Origin: an uncultured Gemmatimonadales bacterium
GTDB taxonomy: Bacteria; Gemmatimonadota; Gemmatimonadetes; Gemmatimonadales; GWC2-71-9
Length of the DNA stretch: 64,000 nucleotides
Reading direction: 5' to 3'
NCBI GenBank assembly: GCA_963707875.1
Contig: CAVPRU010000014.1
Coordinates: 149,767-213,766 of the forward strand
A program made the translations under genes and the position numbers. Position 1 is the stretch's first letter. The number at the start of each line of letters is the position of its first letter. Under the pieces are notes generated by a model. The model was not told where the DNA came from, made no database searches, and saw only the letters and a list, made by a program, of their open reading frames with translations. Shown here piece by piece: positions 56,123 through 64,000 of this stretch.

Positions 56123-56267
56123 GCTCTGGGGCGGCCCGGGCCGCGGGGTCCGTCAAGGACTGGCCGGGTGGGCGGCCGCGTCTTAGTCAGGTCGCTCATG
56201 GATACAGGCTGGGGTGAGGCGGGGAAGGTAAGGGTCCGCCCATGGCATGTCAAAACCCATATCCCAC

Positions 56268-56296
56268 TTGCATTTGCCCCTCCCGGCCCTTAGCTT
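56268..56296 (+). promoter_or_regulatory. rpsT sigma70-like promoter TTGCAT-17-TAGCTT
   Basis: TTGCAT 56268..56273, a 17-nt spacer, TAGCTT 56291..56296. A GGCGCC-N11-GGCGCC hairpin follows in the leader. Confidence 0.5.
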
Positions 56297-56361
56297 TTCC
56301 CGTTCTGCGTCTGGCGCCCTGACCGGGCCGGCGCCACATGAACCGAACCCCGAGGACTGCC

Positions 56362-56616
56362 GTGCCGCGTACCAAGGCCGCCAAGAAGCACCAGCGTCAG
56401 ACCAAGACCCGCACCGCGACCAATCGCCAGCAGCGGTCCAAGCTCCGGACCGTCGTCAAGCACGCGCGCGCGGCCGGCCCGGAACAGCTCCCTGCCGCCA
56501 TCAAGCTTGCCGAGCAGTCGCTCGATCGGGCCGGGCGGAAGGGCCTGATCCACCCCAACACCGCCGCCCGGCTCAAGAGTCGGCTGGCCAAGCGGGCCAA
56601 GGCCGCCACGGCCTGA
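56362..56616 (+). CDS. rpsT: 30S ribosomal protein S20
   Basis: V-PRTKAAKKHQRQTKTRTATNRQQRSKLRT... aligns with the S20 N-terminus. GTG 56362 has GAGGA upstream. The ORF-track ATG at 56338 has no Shine-Dalgarno sequence and would add 8 aa. Confidence 0.9.
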   Translation: MPRTKAAKKHQRQTKTRTATNRQQRSKLRTVVKHARAAGPEQLPAAIKLAEQSLDRAGRKGLIHPNTAARLKSRLAKRAKAATA

Positions 56617-56643
56617 TTTCGCCGGACCGGCCTTGAAGCAGAC

Positions 56644-56670
56644 GGGGCCTCCCATTTGGGAGGCCCCTTT
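56644..56670 (+). terminator. rho-independent terminator after rpsT
   Basis: GGGGCCTCCC-ATTT-GGGAGGCCCC followed by TTTCCTGTT. It sits between the convergent rpsT gene and the 56701..57642 gene. Confidence 0.7.
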
Positions 56671-56700
56671 CCTGTTGCGGCACCTGGAACCCGGCCCCAC

Positions 56701-57642
56701 TCACAGGGCGGCCAGCTCTGCCCCGCACCGCTCGCAGTACCACTCAGTCGGCCGGTTCATCGAGCCGCACTCCACGCATTTGAGGGTCTTGGCATTGGCT
56801 CCCCGGGCCGGACGGGTTTCGGGGGCCTCGGGACTTTCCAGCGCCACCGACTTCAGGAAGGTCATCTCATCGACATTGGGCGCCGCCGTCTCCGGGGCGG
56901 GAGCCGCCTTGGGAAACCGGAGGGTCCGGGTCGGCCGCTCGCGCCGGATGGCTTCGCTCGCCTTGGGGATGAACCGAGGAGCCTCCGGCGGCCGGGGGCG
57001 CTCGGCGGCCTCATCGACCAGCGCCAGATCCCCGGCCTGGTCCCGGGGCGGGCTGGTCGGCAAGTCGGCTTCCACGTCACCTTGGCGGGATTCCAGTTGA
57101 AGGTCCCCGGGCTCGATGACCTCGACGTCCAGCGCCTCAGGCGCATCGACCGCGACCGTCAGGACAGGGGCGGTCGATGCCGCGGCGGCCGGGGCCGCCA
57201 CCGGCTCGGGCTCCGGGCTCACCTGGGCCAGGACCTCCTCCAGTCGGCTGATCTCATCCACCAGGGCATCGATGTCCGCTTGCAGGCCCTCGAGTTGGGT
57301 GGTCGACGCCGCCTCGTACTCCTGCCACTCGGCGTCGCTGTACTCGCCGACCGTGTGACGCAGGGAAGCCTCGGCCCGTTCTTCCTCGGCCTCGGTCTTG
57401 ACTGCGTGGACATCGTTAAGTCGGGAACGCTGCTCAGCCAGCGAGCCCGCCAGGGCTTCGGAGAAGCCGCGAAGCCTGACCACGACCTCGGCCAGTCGAC
57501 CCTCGTAGTCGGCCTGCACCCGGGTCCGCACCGCAGCGGGTGCCTTGGCAGCGTCGAGTTTGGCGAGCCAATTCTGAAGGCGCTGGCGATCCGCCAGCAG
57601 CGCTTCGATCTCGCTGGTGCCGTTGGATACTTCGTCGGTCAT
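56701..57642 (-). CDS. hypothetical coiled-coil protein with C-terminal zinc ribbon
   Basis: 313 aa. N-terminal ~130 aa are heptad-like (EIEALLADRQRLQNWLAKLD...LEGLQADIDALVDEISRLEEVLAQV). A Pro/Ala/Glu-rich linker follows. C-terminus: LKCVECGSMNRPTEWYCERCGAEL. Confidence 0.6.
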   Translation of the reverse strand: MTDEVSNGTSEIEALLADRQRLQNWLAKLDAAKAPAAVRTRVQADYEGRLAEVVVRLRGFSEALAGSLAEQRSRLNDVHAVKTEAEEERAEASLRHTVGEYSDAEWQEYEAASTTQLEGLQADIDALVDEISRLEEVLAQVSPEPEPVAAPAAAASTAPVLTVAVDAPEALDVEVIEPGDLQLESRQGDVEADLPTSPPRDQAGDLALVDEAAERPRPPEAPRFIPKASEAIRRERPTRTLRFPKAAPAPETAAPNVDEMTFLKSVALESPEAPETRPARGANAKTLKCVECGSMNRPTEWYCERCGAELAAL

Positions 57643-57760
57643 CGGAATCTGTCCCCCGGAGGCTATCAGCTAATCTAACGAATGCTCCGAATTTCGAAAC
57701 ATGTTCCCGAGTTGGGCGTCAACTTCCCCGACAGTGGCGGCGGCGCCACAGGGGCAGCAC

Positions 57761-59043
<1,283 letters not shown>

Positions 59044-59047
<4 letters not shown>

Positions 59048-60006
59048 CGGTCCTCATTCCCCGGTGCCGGGGCCGTCCAGTCGGGGGACCCTCCGGCCAG
59101 GAGGTACAGCACCGCCATCCGAACGGCTACCCCGTTGGTCACCTGCGGGAGAATCACGCTGTGGGGTCCGTCCGCCACATCGCTGTCGATCTCGACGCCC
59201 CGGTTCATCGGGCCGGGATGCAGCACCACAATATCCCGGGGAGCCCGGGCCAGTCGATCGCTGGTGACCCCGAAGACCCGGTTGTACTCCCGCAGGGAAG
59301 GAATGAACCCGGCCTCCATCCGCTCCAGCTGGAGCCGGAGCACGTTCAGCGCGTCGGCCCACTGAATGGCATCTTCGATCCGGGGCAGCACGGTCACACC
59401 CAACTCGGCAATGTTGCGGGGCAGCAGGCTGGGTGGGCCGCAGACGCCGACCTCCGCGCCCAGATGGAGCAGCCCCCAGATGTTGCTCCGGGCGACCCGG
59501 CTGTGGAGCACATCCCCGCAGATGGCGACCTTGAGACCCTCGATCCGGCCGAACCGGTCCCGGAGCGTCAGCAGATCGAGCAGCCCCTGGGTCGGGTGCT
59601 CGTGCTTCCCGTCTCCTGCGTTCACCACATTGGATCGGATCCGGTCGGCGAGGAACTTGGCGGCGCCGGACGACTGGTGGCGGATCACCACCATATCGAT
59701 CCGCATCGCCTCGAGGTTGCGGGCGGTATCCACCAGCGTCTCACCCTTGCTCACCGACGAGCCGCTGGCCGCGACGTTCACGGTGTCGGCCGAAAGCCGC
59801 TTCTCGGCAAACTCGAACGAGATCCGGGTCCGGGTGGACGCCTCGAAGAAGAGATTGACGATGGTCTTCCCGCGCAGTGCCGGCACCTTCTTGATGGGCC
59901 GCTCGCTGACTTCCTTGAACGGCTCGGCGGTATCCAGAATGGCGGTGATCTGAGCCCGGCTGAGGTGCTCCAGCCCGATCAGGTCCTTCCCCAGCGCCGG
60001 CGTCAC
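59044..60006 (-). CDS. pyrB: aspartate carbamoyltransferase catalytic subunit
   Basis: [17 protein letters not shown]...HPTQGLLD...[17 protein letters not shown] overlap with pyrR. Confidence 0.95.
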
Positions 60007-60551
60007 GTCTCGGTCCCCCCAGCGAATACCTCAACCCCGTCACGGCCATCGAGTTCCGTGACCGAGACGTCCACCCGGTCCCCGGGGGCAATGGCGGCCC
60101 GGAGCCCGGTGACATCCGCCTGGATCGGGAGTTCCCGGCCGCCCCGGTCCACCAGCACCGCGAGCAGAATCCGCCGGGGGCGTCCGAAATCAGCGAACTC
60201 ATCGAGCGCGGCCCGGATCGTCCGACCGGTGTACAACACGTCGTCGACAATCACGATCATCCGGCCGTCGAGGGTCGGCGGCAGGACGGTCTCCCCCACC
60301 ACCGGGCGGGGCCCGATGGCCTGCAGATCGTCGCGATAGAGTGTGATGTCGAGTTTACCACGGTGGACCGGGCGTCCAGTCCGGGATTCGATCAGCGCCG
60401 CCAGGCGTTCGGCCAGCTCAACCCCGCGGCGCTGAATCCCCACCAGCAGGAGGTCGCCATCCCCTCCGGTCAGATCGACGATCTCTCCGGCCATGCGCTC
60501 CAGGATCTGAGCGATGGCGGATGCGTCGAGAAGTGGCGTCCGGCTGGGCAC
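60003..60551 (-). CDS. pyrR: bifunctional pyrimidine operon regulator / uracil phosphoribosyltransferase PyrR
   Basis: [20 protein letters not shown]...[16 protein letters not shown]...[18 protein letters not shown]. Confidence 0.9.
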   Translation of the reverse strand: MPSRTPLLDASAIAQILERMAGEIVDLTGGDGDLLLVGIQRRGVELAERLAALIESRTGRPVHRGKLDITLYRDDLQAIGPRPVVGETVLPPTLDGRMIVIVDDVLYTGRTIRAALDEFADFGRPRRILLAVLVDRGGRELPIQADVTGLRAAIAPGDRVDVSVTELDGRDGVEVFAGGTET

Positions 60552-60596
60552 GGAGCGAGAAACTAAGCCAACCTCCCTGCTCCGGCAAGCCGAAGG

Positions 60597-61232
60597 TTAC
60601 CGCTCTGGTGGCACGCGGGGGGCACCCACCGGCGGCCGGCGAGACCGGTGGCTGGCGAGGAGCCGCAGTGCCGCCAGCCCTCCGACCGCCACCAGATAGG
60701 GCCAGAGCGGGCTCAGATCCTTCTTCTGCGCCCAGGCAAAATGGAGCAGGCCGAGCGGCACCACGAAGTAGATCAGCCGGTGAAGTCGCTGCCACCGCTT
60801 GCCGCCCAGCCACCGAACCATGGCCACGGGTGACGTCACTGCGAGCGCGAGCAGCATTGTCCAGGCGGCGAAGCCGACCGTGATGTAGGGGCGCTTGGCG
60901 ATGTCTTCGCCCAATTCGGCCAGGACCAGGCCCCGATCGAACACGAAGTAGATCAGCAGGTGGACCACCGCGTAGAAGAAGGCAAACAGCCCGACCAGGC
61001 GGCGGACCCGCCCCAGTCCCTGCCGGCCGGAGAGGTTCCGGATCGGGGTCACCGACAGGGTCAGCATCACAATGATGAGGGTGGTCCGGCCAGTGAAGTG
61101 GGTGATGTACTTGACCGGATCGGCCGACAAGCCGCCGTGGAATCCGGTCCACACCAGCCAGGAGATCGGAGCCAGGCCGGCCAGCCAGAGAGCTGGCTTG
61201 AGCAGGCGCCGTACGACTTGTGCTTCGGTCAC
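60597..61232 (-). CDS. msrQ: protein-methionine-sulfoxide reductase heme-binding subunit MsrQ
   Basis: KPALWLAGLAPISWLVW...DPVKYITHFTGRTTL...LVGLFAFFYAVVHLLIY...WQRLHRLIY. Confidence 0.9.
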   Translation of the reverse strand: MTEAQVVRRLLKPALWLAGLAPISWLVWTGFHGGLSADPVKYITHFTGRTTLIIVMLTLSVTPIRNLSGRQGLGRVRRLVGLFAFFYAVVHLLIYFVFDRGLVLAELGEDIAKRPYITVGFAAWTMLLALAVTSPVAMVRWLGGKRWQRLHRLIYFVVPLGLLHFAWAQKKDLSPLWPYLVAVGGLAALRLLASHRSRRPPVGAPRVPPER

Positions 61233-61238
61233 TCGGGG

Positions 61239-62132
61239 TCAGTAGTTGGCCCGGAGATCCATGCCGCGATAGAGCCCCGCCACCTGGTCCGCATAGCCGT
61301 TGAACGGCAAGGTCTTCTGGCGGAGCAGCTTCCCGAGCCGACGCTCGGTGGCCTGGCTCCAGCGCGGATGATCGACCGCCGGATTGACGTTGGCGTAGAA
61401 CCCGTACTCCCGGGGCGCCGCCAGATTCCAGGCGGTCCGCGGCATCTGCTCCAGCAGCCGGATCCGGACGATACTCTTGCCTCCCTTGAACCCGTACTTC
61501 CAGGGCACGATGAGCCGGACCGGAGCGCCATTCTGGTTGGGGACCGGGCGGCCGTACACTCCGGTCACCAGCAGGGTCAGGGGGTGCATCGCTTCATCCA
61601 TCCGGAGCCCTTCGACGTAGGGCCAGTCGAGCACGTTGGAGCGCTGCCCGGGCATCTGCTGTGGGTCGAACAGGGTGGTGAACTCCACGAACCTGGCTCG
61701 GGAAGTCGGCTCCAGGCGCTTGATGACCTGCCCCAGGGGATATCCGTTCCAGGGCACCACCATCGACCAGGCCTCGACACAGCGGAACCGGTAGATCCGC
61801 TCCTCCTGGGCAATCCCCTTGAAGAGCGCTTCCAGGTCGTAGCTGCCCGGGCGTGCCACCTCCCCTTCCACCTTGACCGTCCAGGGCCTGGTGCGGAGGG
61901 AGCCGGCATGGCGGGCCGGATCGTCCTTGCCGGTGCCGAACTCGTAGAAGTTGTTGTAGCCGGTGACCTCCTCCCAGGAATTGGGGTCGTCTTGGGCGGC
62001 CAGGAGGGGCCGAGGAAAGGCGGCGGCGGCCACCCCGAGCCCCAGGCGCCGGATCCAGCTCCTCCGGTCCAGATAGAGGCGCTCGGGGGTGATTTCTGAC
62101 GGTGCGATGTCGGCCGGGGATCGGATCAGCAC
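61239..62132 (-). CDS. msrP: protein-methionine-sulfoxide reductase catalytic subunit MsrP (molybdopterin)
   Basis: Tat-like [17 protein letters not shown], then [13 protein letters not shown]...[17 protein letters not shown]...[13 protein letters not shown]. Confidence 0.9.
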   Translation of the reverse strand: MLIRSPADIAPSEITPERLYLDRRSWIRRLGLGVAAAAFPRPLLAAQDDPNSWEEVTGYNNFYEFGTGKDDPARHAGSLRTRPWTVKVEGEVARPGSYDLEALFKGIAQEERIYRFRCVEAWSMVVPWNGYPLGQVIKRLEPTSRARFVEFTTLFDPQQMPGQRSNVLDWPYVEGLRMDEAMHPLTLLVTGVYGRPVPNQNGAPVRLIVPWKYGFKGGKSIVRIRLLEQMPRTAWNLAAPREYGFYANVNPAVDHPRWSQATERRLGKLLRQKTLPFNGYADQVAGLYRGMDLRANY

Positions 62133-62185
62133 GGGCGCTCGAGGGAAAGGGGTTCCTCAGGATAACGTCTGGTGGGGCTCAATGG

Positions 62186-62214
62186 TTCACACCGCGGGGC
62201 CCTCTGGTTAGAAT
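62186..62214 (+). promoter_or_regulatory. tRNA-Ser promoter TTCACA-17-TAGAAT
   Basis: TTCACA 62186..62191, a 17-nt spacer, TAGAAT 62209..62214, about 10 nt before the mature tRNA 5' end. Confidence 0.5.
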
Positions 62215-62224
62215 TCCCGCCCCC

Positions 62225-62311
62225 GGACAGGTGCTCGAGCGGTTGAAGAGGCACGCCTGGAAAGCGTGTATACGTGCAAGCGTATCGTGGGTTCGAATCC
62301 CACCCTGTCCG
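62225..62311 (+). tRNA. tRNA-Ser (anticodon GGA)
   Basis: 87 nt. Acceptor GGACAGG/CCTGTCC plus G73. Anticodon arm CACGC-CTGGAAA-GCGTG. Long variable arm. T arm GTGGG-TTCGAAT-CCCAC. No encoded CCA. Confidence 0.9.
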
Positions 62312-62385
62312 CTGGTGCCCGTTCTGCCGTTCAAGGGCGGGCGGGCCTCCTTACTCGTGGGTTGAACTGCGGACGAAGCTGCGGC

Positions 62386-62726
62386 CTAGGGCAGCATGGC
62401 GATCCCACCGGCCTGCTTCCCCATCTCCAGACTGGCCACCCGCTCCAGGCCCGCCAGGTCGATGACGTCCACCGTGCCGGGCTCGCTACCCACCCCCTCC
62501 AGCGTCACAAAGGCGTACCGGGAATCCGCCTGACCACCACCCCGCTCGCGATCCGCCGGCTGCCCGGCACCTCGCCGAGCAGGGTCGCATCGGCCAGGCG
62601 CCAGATCGAGGTGGTGCCGGGCTCCACGGCCACCCGGGCGACGACGGGTGCCTGGGCCTGGGCCAGCGCCAGCCCTGGGGAGACCAGCAAGGTGAGAAGG
62701 AGGGAAGAACGGCTGCGGAACGACAT
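62386..62726 (-). pseudogene. small exported beta-propeller-repeat (YVTN/YncE-like) protein, frame interrupted
   Basis: ORF 62505..62726 gives the signal peptide MSFRSRSSLLLTLLVSPGLALAQA plus VAVEPGTTSIWRLADATLLGEVPGSRRIASGVVV. The continuation ADSRYAFVTLEGVGSEPGTVDVIDLAGLERVASLEMGKQAGGIAMLP lies in the frame of ORF 62386..62754. The junction is at about 62526..62532. Confidence 0.5.
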
Positions 62727-62755
62727 GGCAACTCCTGCTATCGGGGTTCCACAAA

Positions 62756-64000
62756 TCAGTCTGACGTCTTGCGTGGTGCGGCGGCCCTCTTGGCCGACTT
62801 GCGCCTGGAGGTAGTGCCCTTGGTGCCGGTGGCCTTGGGCTTCTTGACTGCCGTCTTCACCTCGGGGGCCTTCGCCTTGGCGGCCTTCGATGCTTTCGCC
62901 TTGGCGGCCTTCGATGCTTTCGCCTTGGCGGCCTTGGGTGCTTTCGCCTTGGAGGCCTGGGGTGCTCTCACCTTCGGGGCCCGGGCCTTGGGCGCGGCTC
63001 GCCGCTTGGTGGTGCGACCCCCACCCATCGCGCGCTTCGCCGCGATGAGTTCCACCGCCATCGGGAGGGTCACGGTCGCGGGATCAGAGTCCTTTGGTAT
63101 CGAGGCACTGACTTCGCCGTGCTTCACGTACGGCCCGTACCGGCCATCGTAGAGACCCACGGGTTCCTGGTCGTCCGGGTGGGCGCCCAGCTGCCTGAGC
63201 GGAGTGGCCGCTCCCCGGCGACCGCGGGTGGCCTTGGGCTGAGAGAGCAATTCCAGGGCGCGAGCGAGCGAGATCGTCAGCACGTTGTCATCGCCCTTGA
63301 TGGAACGGTAGTCCTTCCCCTCCTTGCCCTGATCGTGAACCACGTAGGGACCGAACCGTCCCAGGTCGGCCAGGACGCGGCCCCCGGAGACTGGGTGGCT
63401 CCCGAGCAATCGTGGGAGGCTCAGCAACCCGATCGCCAATTCCGCCGTTACGTTGTCGGGGGTCGAGCCCTTGGGGAGCGACTTCCGCTTCGGCTTGGGG
63501 TTCTCGTCGGTGGCCTCCCCCAGTTGCACATACGGTCCATACTGCCCCACCAGCACGAAAATCGGCTGATTGGTCGCCGGATCACGCACCAGTTCGGTCG
63601 GGCCCTCCCGCTTCTGACGCAGCAGCACCTCGACCTGGGCATCGGTCAGATCCGCCGGCGGGACGTCGCGCGGCAGCGTGGCCCGCAGCGGCTCGCCCTC
63701 GTGGGGAACTTCCACGTAGGGACCGTATCGCCCGATCCGGATCTTGGCGCTCAGCCCCTCGAGCAGCACGGTCCGGGCCTCCATCGCGTCGATCCCATCG
63801 GCCTTGTCCTCGACCTGCTGGCGCAGCCCGTCCGCCCCGAGATAGAACTGCTGGAGGTAGGGCAGCCACTCGGCATGACCCTCGGAGATCTCGTCCAGGG
63901 TCTGTTCCATCTGGGCGGTGAAGCCAATATCCACCAGGTGAGGAAAGTGCGCCTCCAGCAACCCGGTCACCGCGAACGCGGTGAAAGTCGGGACCAGCGC
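62756..64000 (-). CDS. topA: DNA topoisomerase I, C-terminal part (N-terminus beyond right window edge)
   Basis: The frame is open to position 64000 (ALVPTFTAFAVTGLLEAHFPHLVDIGFTAQMEQTLDEISEG). Repeated GRYGPYV / GQYGPYV / GRFGPYV modules are followed by a Lys/Ala-rich tail. No Zn-finger Cys motifs. Confidence 0.92.
   Translation of the reverse strand, partial: ALVPTFTAFAVTGLLEAHFPHLVDIGFTAQMEQTLDEISEGHAEWLPYLQQFYLGADGLRQQVEDKADGIDAMEARTVLLEGLSAKIRIGRYGPYVEVPHEGEPLRATLPRDVPPADLTDAQVEVLLRQKREGPTELVRDPATNQPIFVLVGQYGPYVQLGEATDENPKPKRKSLPKGSTPDNVTAELAIGLLSLPRLLGSHPVSGGRVLADLGRFGPYVVHDQGKEGKDYRSIKGDDNVLTISLARALELLSQPKATRGRRGAATPLRQLGAHPDDQEPVGLYDGRYGPYVKHGEVSASIPKDSDPATVTLPMAVELIAAKRAMGGGRTTKRRAAPKARAPKVRAPQASKAKAPKAAKAKASKAAKAKASKAAKAKAPEVKTAVKKPKATGTKGTTSRRKSAKRAAAPRKTSD
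62871..62966 (-). repeat. 24-nt tandem repeat x4 inside the topA tail
   Basis: Plus strand: ttcgccttggcggccttcgatgct twice exactly, then two diverged copies. It encodes (SKAAKAKA)n. Confidence 0.8.

Noticed and set aside
56247-56636. 129-aa ORF overlapping rpsT in another frame
   Set aside because: The S20 frame is unambiguous. The alternative frame is Pro/Ala/Gln-rich with no support.
57692-57705. AACATGTT / TTTCGAAA palindromes considered as a LexA (Cheo-box GAAC-N4-GTTC) site
   Set aside because: The sequence GAAACATGTTCCC does not satisfy GAAC-N4-GTTC spacing. It is kept only as an unspecified candidate operator in a finding.
62871-62966. Tandem 24-nt repeats considered as a CRISPR-like or mobile-element repeat
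   Set aside because: The copies are directly adjacent with no spacers, in frame, and encode the Lys/Ala tail of topA. No cas, transposase or terminal inverted repeats are nearby.

Overview
This is a very GC-rich bacterial chromosomal window, roughly two-thirds G+C by eye. It is almost entirely housekeeping and cell-envelope genes, about 60 CDS, mostly on the minus strand, and many are joined by 4-nt ATGA/GTGA start-stop overlaps.

Recognisable blocks, in window order:
- rdgB-rph
- lptE-like, lpxH and murI envelope genes
- ridA-fhs-tatD
- secDF
- the nusA-infB-rbfA-truB-ribF translation cluster
- murA
- gatCAB
- serS
- a sugar-nucleotide module
- groESL with a CIRCE operator
- a 15-gene co-directional chain: scpAB-rluB, then a MoxR/DUF58/VWA Bat-type cluster, then mutL-miaA-bshA-uppP-birA-ubiA
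- rpsT
- pyrR-pyrB-pyrC
- msrPQ
- the 3' part of topA

LptE, LpxH, Bat, MsrPQ and SecDF point to a diderm organism. A Gemmatimonadota-like origin is only my guess.

I found no transposase, integrase, CRISPR array, toxin-antitoxin pair or recognisable defence island, so I cannot point to a clear novel multi-gene system.

Observations most worth a second look:
1. A 98-nt candidate tRNA-Sec (anticodon UCA) sits inside a called ORF.
2. A promoter, a ~60-nt transcript and a strong intrinsic terminator lie just upstream of nusA. This could be an attenuator or an sRNA. rimP and ylxR are absent.
3. Three genes have single-nucleotide reading-frame breaks: uvrD/pcrA, a small lipoprotein, and a small exported beta-propeller-repeat protein. 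These are either assembly indels or real pseudogenes.
4. The Bat-type cluster is compacted, with fused BatB/C-like and BatD/E-like proteins.
5. A Roadblock/LC7 gene appears to be leaderless.

Caveats:
- The ORF track writes M for GTG/TTG starts and reports the longest ORFs, so I trimmed many starts by homology and by overlap logic.
- My hand-counted coordinates for non-ORF features may be off by 1-2 nt.
- The many long antisense ORFs are treated as GC-rich artefacts.
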